Shown here: positions 27,763-36,029 of the stretch, in pieces
Layout of the letters: each line of letters opens with the position of its first letter
Numbering within the stretch: position 1 is the stretch's first letter
Assembly (NCBI GenBank): GCA_016280845.1
Contig: JAEEHO010000185.1
Coordinates: 1 to 50,668, forward strand
Reading direction: 5' to 3'
From: Paludibacteraceae bacterium
Lineage (GTDB): Bacteria > Bacteroidota > Bacteroidia > Bacteroidales > Paludibacteraceae
Length of the DNA stretch: 50,668 bases
Made by a program: the position numbers and the translations under genes
The notes under the pieces: generated by a model
What the model was told of the DNA's origin: nothing
Database searches by the model: none
What the model saw: the letters and a program-made list of their open reading frames with translations, nothing else

Positions 27763-27792
27763 AATGTAGCACTACATATAGTAGTGTGTCAA
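27763..27792 (-). promoter_or_regulatory. Candidate sigma70-like promoter with overlapping palindromes, upstream of the scaffold/capsid genes.
   Basis: On the minus strand the sequence is TTGACA-18 nt-TACATT. The spacer contains CACTAC-tatat-GTAGTG and ATGTAG-tg-CTACAT palindromes. Confidence 0.4.
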
Positions 27793-27820
27793 ACAAAATT
27801 TCAAAAAATATACAAAATTT

Positions 27821-27852
27821 AGGAGTTGCTGGCACATTTACCAACAACTCCT
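27821..27852 (-). terminator. Hairpin/terminator after the portal gene.
   Basis: On the minus strand the sequence is AGGAGTTGTTGG-8 nt-CCAGCAACTCCT followed by AAATTTTGTATATTTTTT. Confidence 0.45.
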
Positions 27853-27858
27853 GTATTT

Positions 27859-29676
27859 TTACATTATTCCGGGTGCGGGCTGCATAGCTCCGGGCTGCTG
27901 CATTGCTGCTGCCTGCTCCTCCACGACATCCGGTCGAGATGACTGTGACTGTCGTGCCATGGTATCAGCTGTAACAGCGAGTGCCTCTTCAGGGCCCATG
28001 CCCTTTTCAACAAGCCCAGCGTACTGTGTAACTGCCTGAGCAACCATGGCTGTCCAGTTCTGGGTTCGCTGGATACCCATACGCTCCTGCATGTACTCAC
28101 GCAGCGGGATATCCTGCATCATGAGCCACTCTTCAGGGGTAATCAGGTCAACATCAATGCCCTGACCCTGATACTGCATCTGCATTTCCATGAGATGATT
28201 AGCCATGGCTTCCACTCTCGACTTGTTCTTAGGAAGCTCTGAACTGATGCTCACCTCATAGTTGAAGACGATTTCCGGGGAGATATGAGGAAAATCAATC
28301 TCAACGGTCTTCCATGTGAGGGACTTAGGGTCCTGTGTGTAATATGTACGAGGGCCTGAGTGGTGCAGGAAATTGTACACAATCAGTTCTGTCAAGCGCT
28401 GGCAGTAATCCTCATAGAGCTCAACCTTGGGAGCATCTATCATGGTTACTTGGTCAAGCATGTTCTCGATACCGCCAGTAGTAAGCACTGAACCTGTGTC
28501 ACGTCCAGTGTATCTATCATCAACTCCGGTAACATCTTTGGTATCTGCTGCCAAGAATGCCATGCCCTGTACGGCCTGCTGTGTAGGCTGAGGGAACTGA
28601 TGGTAATGTACGGCCTTGGATGCATCACCCTGTACTACGAAAGTACGGTCTGCATCATTACCATGCTTTACGAATGTGGCTACATTAATGCCCGAGTTTC
28701 CATTAACAAACCTCGGAGGGCGCTGATTCTTATACTCAGCTGTAAGTATGATGGAGGACATTATATTATAGGCGAGATTGTTACTAAAAATTTTAGCACA
28801 CTCCGAGGTTCCAAACAAATCTCCTGCGGGCTCGTTACAGTAGAGCTCTGCAAATGGGAATGTAGCAGGCTTGATATCCTTCTTGCATAAGAGGACGTAC
28901 TCATTATTCACGAGGTGAATCTCGTGGATGTGGCCTGCGTCATTAATCCAATATGTGTAGACGGTGTAGTAATCCTTCTGATTACGTGCATCCTTGGATA
29001 CATGGTCAGTGTTGTTCTCAATGCCTGCGCCTGAACCGTCGACTACAGAAACCTTAGTAGCAAGGAATTCCTTAAAGGCTGCAGCGTAGGCATGGTTTGC
29101 AAGGAGCGCTGACTTATGGAAGCTGTCCCATGTTACGCACCAAGATGCTGTCTCTATTCCTGTAGCAAATGGATCACGCATAAAGTGCAGCGGGTTGATA
29201 TTCTTAAGGACAATCTTACCCTTTTGGAATGTCTCCTGAGTACCACTAATGATGCTGTTGTCCCAACCTACTTGAGTGATACCGTAGTTGAGGAGGGCTG
29301 CACGCTCTCCAGCCTTACGCTGGTATCGGGTTACATGGGAAGTAGCCCAAATGTTCTCAAGCGCAATGTTAAGCTGCTCAACAACTGCTTTGTCTTTCTC
29401 TGATGTGGGCAGCAGGCGTGCTGACTTACCTACTGTGTATACAGAGGCAAACAAGTTGTTCTTTACACGAGAAACCATATTTGTGTCGGGGAGAATCTGA
29501 TACTTAGGGAAAGTAGCGTTAACGGCTTTCCACAGTTTTCCTCGGTCAGTTGCATCAAGCTTCTGAGCTCTGCGCTGTGCTTCAGCGTACTCTGCTTTAG
29601 CAACCCTGAAGTTTTCTACCAGCTGTGCGATTGAAGTACAGTCCGGAAGAAGCTTCTCATTCAATGTCGTCTTCAT
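27859..29676 (-). CDS. Portal protein.
   Basis: The protein is 605 aa and lies between the terminase and scaffold/capsid genes. The call is by synteny and size only. Confidence 0.6.
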   Translation of the reverse strand: MKTTLNEKLLPDCTSIAQLVENFRVAKAEYAEAQRRAQKLDATDRGKLWKAVNATFPKYQILPDTNMVSRVKNNLFASVYTVGKSARLLPTSEKDKAVVEQLNIALENIWATSHVTRYQRKAGERAALLNYGITQVGWDNSIISGTQETFQKGKIVLKNINPLHFMRDPFATGIETASWCVTWDSFHKSALLANHAYAAAFKEFLATKVSVVDGSGAGIENNTDHVSKDARNQKDYYTVYTYWINDAGHIHEIHLVNNEYVLLCKKDIKPATFPFAELYCNEPAGDLFGTSECAKIFSNNLAYNIMSSIILTAEYKNQRPPRFVNGNSGINVATFVKHGNDADRTFVVQGDASKAVHYHQFPQPTQQAVQGMAFLAADTKDVTGVDDRYTGRDTGSVLTTGGIENMLDQVTMIDAPKVELYEDYCQRLTELIVYNFLHHSGPRTYYTQDPKSLTWKTVEIDFPHISPEIVFNYEVSISSELPKNKSRVEAMANHLMEMQMQYQGQGIDVDLITPEEWLMMQDIPLREYMQERMGIQRTQNWTAMVAQAVTQYAGLVEKGMGPEEALAVTADTMARQSQSSRPDVVEEQAAAMQQPGAMQPAPGIM

Positions 29677-29911
29677 CGTTGCTTATACCTCCGAAATCGT
29701 GGTTAATGGCCTGTATGATATCTGCAAAGTTGGGGACGGTTTCCTTATCGTCCTCAATAGCTTTCTGAATAGCTTCTAAATCTATGTCCTTCTGAGGAAC
29801 GTCACCTGTGTGATGGATGTGTACCTCAACACATGCGTGCGAAATAATGTGTGCGGTTGCAACTACAGCTGCACAAATTATGAGTGTGGTTATAATCTGA
29901 ATCATTACCAT
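29657..29911 (-). CDS. Small membrane-anchored acidic protein (84 aa).
   Basis: It has an N-terminal TM segment (MIQIITTLIICAAVVATAHII) and an acidic C-terminus. It overlaps both neighbouring genes. Confidence 0.5.
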   Translation of the reverse strand: MVMIQIITTLIICAAVVATAHIISHACVEVHIHHTGDVPQKDIDLEAIQKAIEDDKETVPNFADIIQAINHDFGGISNDEDDIE

Positions 29912-31506
29912 TCCGTCCTTTCATATACGTCGTATACCGGGTCGTCTCTGAGCTGTGGAGGACACCACTTGCCATCGTCATCATGCATGTCATCCAATCT
30001 GCTTAAATCGTGACCGTATCGGTCAAAGGAACCATACATGAGTTTGGCAGGATCTGCAGGCAGCGCCATAGCCATCCACTCCAAGGGGTTGATAGCGTGG
30101 TTGTTCTTATCCACAGGTTTATCTAAGGCACGGTTTGAAGCGTCACCTATCTTCTTAGGAGGGAACTTATAGTCCATAAGCTCTCCTATAAGGTAGGGAC
30201 AGGTATCCATGATTTCCACCTTACCTGATTCCAAGTAGGTGTTAAGTCTGAAGACACGCGCCTCGATACTGATGTGTCCCGGCTGAAATGCAATTCCGTA
30301 ATCTAAGAAGTGGTCATAGAGCGTCTTCTTATTGTAGTCTCGCTTAGCTCCGGACTTAGGGTCAAGGATAGGCATGGTGTAGTAGCCACCTGCCGGGATA
30401 TCCTCAGTCTCCTTAAAGAAGATATCAGCCAGTTCCTCGATACTCCTGTTGTTAGTGTGGGCTTCCTTATAGATGATGAGCTTACCTCGCTTCTCATCTA
30501 TAGCACCAAAGAGGTACACGAACTCATCACTAAGGCCGTAGTCACAAGCTACGAGTCGCAGCCAAGACTTATCAATCTCAAAGTGCGGAACTACACAGTT
30601 AACCGCATTGGGATATACTAAGCCTTCGGAATAACTGAAGGAACTGAAGATGTACCTTTTAATCCACCACCCCGGTTTGTTCTTACACTGCTGGTCAATG
30701 AACCCGGGAGGCAGGAAGGCGTTACAGTCCGTGGATGCTATGTGGCTGGAGATGTTGGCATCCTTAACATTATCTGCCACGTTGACCACATCAGTCACAT
30801 GTCCTGCGGTCTGGATATCATCTGAAACGTAGAGCACCTCAGTCCGTACCCAACCTGAGTCAGGGTTGGATTCAATGATACCCTTACACCAAACGTCCTT
30901 GATTCGGGGAACCTCTAAGCCATTCTCAAGTGTGTCATAGATGATGTTGCCATCCTCGTCCCGCTCCGGTATGGAAGCTGCAAGGTTTCTCAGACGAGTC
31001 TTCAGCTGTACGAATGCCTCAGGGTCTACCTCTGATGCCTCGATAATAATGAACATGGTCAGGTTGTAAGAACGGAGTTTGTCTACGTCATCCAATGGAC
31101 GGAACATAATTCTCGCTCCGTTAACCAGATCCATGAACTGCTTCTGTGTATTGACGCTCTTGACAAAGGCTTTGGGAATATCTGCCTCAATATCCCTCTT
31201 GATAGTCTGCTCGTACTGGGAAGATACGTTGGCTCCGATGAGGACGTTAGCGTTAGGTGTTGTGAAGATATGCTTGTACAGCTCCTCTCGGCTCGTCAGA
31301 GTCTTACCCGTGCCATAACCACCGAAGTTACCAACGAAGGTGTGTGGGTCCATGTGGACGCTGCTTTGGTGAGGCTGAGGAATGTACGTATTGATGTAGG
31401 TGTTACATCGCGTACATTCCATCCAGAACTCTGACTCACTGTCATTGAAAGCTATACTTTTCTTTGTAGGGCTCCCACATCGGGGGCATACTCTGAAATC
31501 TTTCAT
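29905..31506 (-). CDS. terL: Terminase large subunit with an N-terminal Zn-ribbon. The start is uncertain and could be the GTG at 31548.
   Basis: The CPRCG...CTRCN motif is followed by Walker A (GNFGGYGTGKT) and Walker B-like (MFIIIEASE) motifs, then a C-terminal nuclease-like half. Confidence 0.85.
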   Translation of the reverse strand: MKDFRVCPRCGSPTKKSIAFNDSESEFWMECTRCNTYINTYIPQPHQSSVHMDPHTFVGNFGGYGTGKTLTSREELYKHIFTTPNANVLIGANVSSQYEQTIKRDIEADIPKAFVKSVNTQKQFMDLVNGARIMFRPLDDVDKLRSYNLTMFIIIEASEVDPEAFVQLKTRLRNLAASIPERDEDGNIIYDTLENGLEVPRIKDVWCKGIIESNPDSGWVRTEVLYVSDDIQTAGHVTDVVNVADNVKDANISSHIASTDCNAFLPPGFIDQQCKNKPGWWIKRYIFSSFSYSEGLVYPNAVNCVVPHFEIDKSWLRLVACDYGLSDEFVYLFGAIDEKRGKLIIYKEAHTNNRSIEELADIFFKETEDIPAGGYYTMPILDPKSGAKRDYNKKTLYDHFLDYGIAFQPGHISIEARVFRLNTYLESGKVEIMDTCPYLIGELMDYKFPPKKIGDASNRALDKPVDKNNHAINPLEWMAMALPADPAKLMYGSFDRYGHDLSRLDDMHDDDGKWCPPQLRDDPVYDVYERTEW

Positions 31507-31513
31507 AGTTGGT

Positions 31514-31621
31514 TTAGTGTAACCTGAGATATTTAATGGAGAGAGCACCGACTAAAACAAGGGTGCCCACTAAGATTCCTAAGGCTCCGAGGCTACAGAT
31601 TAGAATCAGCAGTAGCTTCAT
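31514..31621 (-). CDS. Candidate 35-aa hydrophobic peptide, overlapping the end of the upstream gene in another frame.
   Basis: GGAGG lies 6 nt upstream of the ATG at 31621. Translation is MKLLLILICSLGALGILVGTLVLVGALSIKYLRLH. The stop is 8 nt before the ATG at 31506. Confidence 0.35.
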   Translation of the reverse strand: MKLLLILICSLGALGILVGTLVLVGALSIKYLRLH

Positions 31622-31928
31622 CGGCGGCCTCCATTTCTGCAACCTTAGCTTTGAGAAGTTCGTCCTCCTTCTTCAGGATTTCCTCAGTTAACTCAGGATG
31701 AAGTTCAAACTGAGGGAATGCATTCTCAAGGCATTTAGAGAAGGCAAGGTTGAGGCAGTCAAAGAGTTCCTTATCAATGGCCTCTGCCTCATCCGTGTCT
31801 TGGTACTGTTCTCTGGCGGTGTGGACCGCTGCAGTAATACCTGAGCAAGCAAGGTTTGCGATTTCCATAATTGTAGTAGGTTCACTTGTGAACATACCGT
31901 CTTCTGACATAACAACTGTAAGTTTCAT
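31593..31928 (-). CDS. First late-arm gene: a small acidic protein (111 aa) and possible small-terminase candidate (start revised from 31979).
   Basis: The ATG at 31928 is preceded by CAGGAGGA. The ORF-track extension overlaps a consensus promoter. No motif was recognised. Confidence 0.55.
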   Translation of the reverse strand: MKLTVVMSEDGMFTSEPTTIMEIANLACSGITAAVHTAREQYQDTDEAEAIDKELFDCLNLAFSKCLENAFPQFELHPELTEEILKKEDELLKAKVAEMEAADEATADSNL

Positions 31929-31950
31929 ATTTAAGTCCTCCTGTATTTTC

Positions 31951-31979
31951 ATTATATATGCTGATGCGGTTGTTGGCAA
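31951..31979 (-). promoter_or_regulatory. Sigma70-like promoter of the late (minus) arm.
   Basis: On the minus strand the sequence is TTGCCA-17 nt-TATAAT, about 15 nt upstream of the RBS. Confidence 0.65.
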
Positions 31980-32020
31980 TATTTTTATTTGGGTAGATGG
32001 TGGGAATGTTTACTAATGCA

Positions 32021-32036
32021 AAACAAACAAACAAAC
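32021..32036. repeat. (AAAC)x4 microsatellite.
   Basis: Read directly: aaacaaacaaacaaac. Confidence 0.9.
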
Positions 32037-32287
32037 AACCATCAGCATTTTATATCATACCTATATGACATATAATACTCATTTTAAAACCCACCCCTAC
32101 CTAGTCGCGCTCCCCCTGCGTTCAGCGACTCATTTACCCCAATAGATATACGCAGCAAGTTTGCATAGGTATGCATAAGTCGTGGTTACGTAGGTTCAAA
32201 TTTAGAACTTAGTTTCAATTTGGTCTTCCTCATTTTGACATTTTATATCGATTTGAGCCTTACCTTACTTTTTAAAAATTTTTTAGA

Positions 32288-32419
32288 GTATACATCTATA
32301 TATGTATACACCTATATATTATATTATTAATATGGTAATAAAATAACATATGTTATATAAATCCTTTTATATAATAATAATATATATAGGTAAAAGAGTA
32401 TACAAAAGCGTATACAAAA
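32288..32419. repeat. Very AT-rich block with four GTATAC-containing repeats and palindromes. It is a candidate origin or operator region.
   Basis: GTATACAT-ctatat-ATGTATAC lies at 32288-32309. The palindrome ATAACATATGTTAT lies at 32343-32356. The direct repeat GTATACAAAA-gc-GTATACAAAA lies at 32398-32419. Confidence 0.5.
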
Positions 32420-32467
32420 TTTTTTTACCAACAAAGTACCCTCTTCCGATAAGGGGATTTCGTTAAA

Positions 32468-32527
32468 TTGTTATCAATCTCATCATAAATTATTAAGCTC
32501 GTATATTTATGCAAACTATTGTATAAT
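32468..32527 (+). promoter_or_regulatory. Candidate early promoters, two in tandem.
   Basis: TTGTTA-17 nt-TATTAA lies at 32468-32496. An extended -10 element TGTATAAT lies at 32520-32527. Both lie just upstream of the structured leader. Confidence 0.45.
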
Positions 32528-32530
32528 AAT

Positions 32531-33200
32531 ACGGATACTCCGTCGGCGTAGCCCGTGACAGTATTGTGGGCACATACAATACACGTGCCTCACAATACTA
32601 GATGTCACTACCAGGTGTTAGCTTAAAAACCTAGCAAGTGATGCTCCGTCTCACGACGCTCCCGCATTGTCGTGAGCTACGCAGCGCTCTATCCGTATAT
32701 GCTTCACATCGTGTGAAGCATTACTCGTCCGCCTGCCAGTGCGCACATAACAGGCTAGAGTCGTCCCAAAGGGAACGCATACATCCGTGTATGCATTCCC
32801 AATGTGCCGACTATACCCTGTAAGTGCTTACATTTTATCACCGGTTTCACATAAGCGTTGCACGCACTGTTGTAAACACAGCACGTGCACCACTCCCTGT
32901 CTCATGCAAGTGTTACTCTACTCAGTGGCACGGTCGTTACGCCAAGTGAAACGCTTTGTAAGTCAAGGACTTCGCCGCACCCTTAGTTGCTCCGTCAAAC
33001 ATAATCATCTAGTGCGGCTCGCTGCTTCTGTTAACAAATTGTAAATCTTTCTCTAAAGAACGCGAGAAAGTTTTACAGTTTGTTAACAGACTCCAGCGAT
33101 GCAAGCATCGTCCTTGACTGACACAGCAAGAAGTTCTCACGTTTGAAACTACCAAACGTGGAACTTCTACGGTGATGTAGGGGACGCCGTAAATAATAAA
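32531..33200 (+). ncRNA. Hairpin-dense non-coding leader/ncRNA of about 670 nt, upstream of the first early gene.
   Basis: There is no credible ORF. The stem-loops are at 32531-32543, 32555-32608, 32650-32676, 32699-32721 (10 bp, 3-nt loop), 32771-32800 (13 bp), 33029-33088 (60-nt hairpin) and 33129-33168. Confidence 0.45.
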
Positions 33201-33235
33201 TAGTTTCATCCGCAATGCGGGGAAAGGAAGGTAAC

Positions 33236-34243
33236 ATGAATAACATTACTACAAATCAGACAGTTGTTGGAGCATCCGTGGGTGTAGTTGAGGGAAAGGA
33301 GAACATCATGAACGCAAGAGAAGTATATCTCAAAGACCTTGCTAGAAGACGTGCTGAAAGAACAGAGGCACAGGCAAAGCAAGCGAAGTACAAAAACAAT
33401 CAACCCAATAAGACTAGGGTTTGCAACAGAATCACAGTGGTTGAGTTCGACTACACAACCATGCCTTCAGTTGTAAAGATTCTTCGTACCGACAATGGGT
33501 ATCATACAACTGAAACATATTCCGATAAAAAGGAGTTACACAACAGGCTTTGGTCAGTTGTCCACAGTCCTAAGTTACTCGGCTTAACAATCAAGACTAA
33601 GTACTTATCAAGCGACATCAAGAAAGTCATGTCCTATTGCAACATGGAAGGAATCGCTTGCACAGTTATCAATACTCTATCCGCACACTTTAACTCTCGT
33701 GCAGAGTTGGACGCGTGGGGATACGAGCGTACCATCCGTACTGAAGAGAGTGCTATGCGTGACGCTTGTTTCAATCTCATCCGCTTGCACGCACGTGAGT
33801 TACTGCCCTTCATCAATAGTCCTATGCTTCCTCAGATTGTACGTGACAAGTTGTACAGTATGGACTACGATGCAGAGATGTCCACTGCTACATACAGTGA
33901 GGGTATGAACCACGGTATCATTGAGACATCGAAGGGTAGGGAAGAGTGGTCACGTACGTACACCAAGTTCTACTCACGATACACACATGTAGATTCCTAC
34001 ACCGGTAGTGTATCTAATGAAACTTTATATGACTTGCTTAACGCTTACATCAACTGCAAGTTCTACACAGAGCATAACATCCCTTGCGAGGAGTCATGGA
34101 GACACGGCATCTCTATCTCTAACATTGATTCCTATACAAGCGAACAGATTACAGACCCCGTAAGAATCCACTTCGAGCGATTGGAAGATATCGTGGTTCC
34201 TGTTTCAGCATGTAGCGAAGGCTTACAAATGTACGTCAACTAA
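33236..34243 (+). CDS. First early protein (335 aa), unknown function (start revised from 33215).
   Basis: The ATG at 33236 is preceded by AAGGAAGG. No motif was recognised. Confidence 0.6.
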   Translation: MNNITTNQTVVGASVGVVEGKENIMNAREVYLKDLARRRAERTEAQAKQAKYKNNQPNKTRVCNRITVVEFDYTTMPSVVKILRTDNGYHTTETYSDKKELHNRLWSVVHSPKLLGLTIKTKYLSSDIKKVMSYCNMEGIACTVINTLSAHFNSRAELDAWGYERTIRTEESAMRDACFNLIRLHARELLPFINSPMLPQIVRDKLYSMDYDAEMSTATYSEGMNHGIIETSKGREEWSRTYTKFYSRYTHVDSYTGSVSNETLYDLLNAYINCKFYTEHNIPCEESWRHGISISNIDSYTSEQITDPVRIHFERLEDIVVPVSACSEGLQMYVN

Positions 34244-34256
34244 CTCGCATCCCTAC

Positions 34257-34299
34257 ACAGAGCAGGTGAGCCTAGTTGCTCATCTGTTCTGTATTCTTT
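34257..34299 (+). terminator. Hairpin terminator/attenuator after the first early gene.
   Basis: The sequence is ACAGAGCAGGTGAGC-ctagtt-GCTCATCTGTTCTGT (15 bp including 2 G-U pairs), followed by ATTCTTT. Confidence 0.5.
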
Positions 34300-34346
34300 G
34301 GGTGTAATTATTAATCATATTCGCAATGACGAAAGGAGAAAACAAT

Positions 34347-34742
34347 ATGTCATTCCAGCTTACACACGACTTAACAGTTAAATCAAAGAACGTAGTACTT
34401 CCCGACGGTGAGTACAGTGCAATCGTTACTAAGGTATTCAAAGGCGATGATACATCCCTGCCTTACATTCAGTTCACTATCAATGGGAACTGTATCAAGT
34501 TCCTCAACATCGTTAGTGAGAAAGCGTTCGAGTATATCTCGGGTGCCATCAACACACAGCTCGACGTTGAGTACGCAAACGGTGAGAACCCCGACCCTAT
34601 TGAATGGTTAGAGTCTCTCGTTGGTGCTAAACTCACGGTGTGGTTGCTCACCGAGTCCAATCCCGAGAACGGTAAGGTTTACCAGAACGTCAAGGTAACC
34701 AAACCTACCGGGTTCGACGCTATCATCAATGGCGCACTGTAA
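34347..34742 (+). CDS. Hypothetical early protein (131 aa), possibly OB-fold/DUF669-like (start revised from 34326).
   Basis: The ATG at 34347 is preceded by GAAAGGAGA. The N-terminus resembles that of the DUF669-like protein at 46680 only in general pattern. Confidence 0.5.
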   Translation: MSFQLTHDLTVKSKNVVLPDGEYSAIVTKVFKGDDTSLPYIQFTINGNCIKFLNIVSEKAFEYISGAINTQLDVEYANGENPDPIEWLESLVGAKLTVWLLTESNPENGKVYQNVKVTKPTGFDAIINGAL

Positions 34743-34748
34743 AGCAAA

Positions 34749-35021
34749 CATCAGAGGAGCTTCGGCTCCTCTGATGTAGATGCTTTTTCTCTTCGAGAAA
34801 AGCATCGCAAGCCTTCGTAAACAGACCGCTCCGCTGACGCTTCGCGATCTACTCCGTAACATCGAACGAAGTAACCGAATCTGATCCGGCGATGCCGGAC
34901 CAGATTTACCATCACCCAATCGACCCATCTACCCGGCCCCGCCTATCCCACTTACAGTGGGATACGCCGCGACCGTTATCGTACTTCGTACGATAAGAGC
35001 GCAAGGGGCACATCCCCTTGC
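34749..35021 (+). other. Array of six consecutive near-perfect hairpins in a non-coding island.
   Basis: Hairpins are at 34749-34776 (12 bp, C(UUCG)G tetraloop), 34779-34806, 34878-34906 (loop gat), 34944-34964, 34976-34996 (loop ttc) and 35001-35021. Confidence 0.6.
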
Positions 35022-35086
35022 ATCCCCTGCCACTACCCATAACACTACTCGACCTGCGACAAGACCTACCTCAGTCCATGTCAACA

Positions 35087-35114
35087 TTGCTACCGACAGG
35101 GGGTAGGGTATAAA
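35087..35114 (+). promoter_or_regulatory. Candidate sigma70-like promoter for the 35207 operon.
   Basis: The sequence is TTGCTA-16 nt-TATAAA. It is followed by the hairpin CCCCTCCCC-14 nt-GGGGAGGGG (35149-35180), located just upstream of the RBS. Confidence 0.45.
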
Positions 35115-35206
35115 ATGTGTATAAATCATAATCAAACAACAATACCTCCCCCTCCCCAAGAAAAATTTAAAGGGGAGGGGACCCTTTCCCTAAGGAGGAC
35201 CACACT

Positions 35207-35524
35207 ATGATAGCAATCACTCTTAACAATCTCTTCGCAGCAACCATCATCCTTGTTTGCCTCATCGCACTCGTACTGGATATCATGGCATACGTAGCAG
35301 CAACCCATTCAATCGAAGCGCCTCAGAACGCTGAAGCCGAACTCCCTACATGGTGCTTACCGCCTAAGGTAAACAGAGAGCTTGTAGAGGACTTTGACCT
35401 CAACGAGATGCCTATCGCCTTCTTAGAACTCCTCACACTTGATAAAGCAGACGGTACTACACGACCTGCGCAATATCTCATAGAGGACGGAGAAATCACA
35501 GGAGTGATTATTGATGAAGACTAA
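35207..35524 (+). CDS. Small membrane protein (105 aa).
   Basis: TAAGGAGG lies upstream. The N-terminal TM segment is LFAATIILVCLIALVLDIMAYVAA. Confidence 0.55.
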   Translation: MIAITLNNLFAATIILVCLIALVLDIMAYVAATHSIEAPQNAEAELPTWCLPPKVNRELVEDFDLNEMPIAFLELLTLDKADGTTRPAQYLIEDGEITGVIIDED

Positions 35525-36029
35525 CTTCTATAACCAAGAGAAAGAATTCGTACCTATTAAAGGATACGAGCATGAGTATAAGATTAATCCTCACGGACAG
35601 ATACTCAGTCTACTCACTGACCAATACGTGACTACCTCAGTAGATTCCAAAGGCTATCTGATAGTACGCTTATATAAAGATGGACACTGCAAAGTCAAAC
35701 GTGTCCATATCCTTACAGCAGAAACCTTCATACCCAATCCTCAGAACTTACCCGTCGTAAACCATATTGACGGTAATAAGCAAAACCCGGATGTAACCAA
35801 CCTAGAATGGACTACGTTCTCAGAAAACACCTTACACGCACACAGAACAGGACTCATAACAAAAACTAACAATCAAAAGGTTGTTCGTGGCGATGGTAGG
35901 GTGTACGCCAGTGTGACAGAAGCAGCAAAAGACAACAACATCAGCAAGTCAGCAATAAGCAAAGTCATATCCGGCGAACGTAGAACCGCAGGTGGATACA
36001 CTTGGAGAAAGGAGAATGAAGATGGCTAA
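35511..36029 (+). CDS. Free-standing HNH homing endonuclease (NUMOD4 / HNH_3 / NUMOD1-like).
   Basis: Motifs are PIKGYEHEYKINPHGQILS, GYLIVRLYKDG, VHILTAETFIPNPQNLPVVNHIDGNKQNPDVTNLEWTTFSENTLHA and a C-terminal HTH-like ISKSAISKV. Confidence 0.85.
   Translation: MMKTNFYNQEKEFVPIKGYEHEYKINPHGQILSLLTDQYVTTSVDSKGYLIVRLYKDGHCKVKRVHILTAETFIPNPQNLPVVNHIDGNKQNPDVTNLEWTTFSENTLHAHRTGLITKTNNQKVVRGDGRVYASVTEAAKDNNISKSAISKVISGERRTAGGYTWRKENEDG

Noticed and set aside
32185-32215. A tRNA-like T-loop string (GGTTCAAAT).
   Set aside because: The flanking bases do not form a T-stem (GTAGG versus TTAGA). No acceptor, D or anticodon arms can be drawn.
32638-33403. ORF-track ORFs 32638-32823, 32787-33044, 33009-33215(-) and 33206-33403(-) in the intergenic hub.
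   Set aside because: Their translations are Cys/Arg/His/Ser-rich and non-protein-like. They have no RBS and overlap strong hairpins. 33206-33403(-) is antisense to the well-initiated first early gene.
34608-35159. Minus-strand ORFs 34608-34928 and 34929-35159.
   Set aside because: They run antisense through the hairpin island. They have Arg/Gly/Ser-rich low-complexity translations and no RBS. The reading frames appear to stay open only because of GC-rich palindromes.
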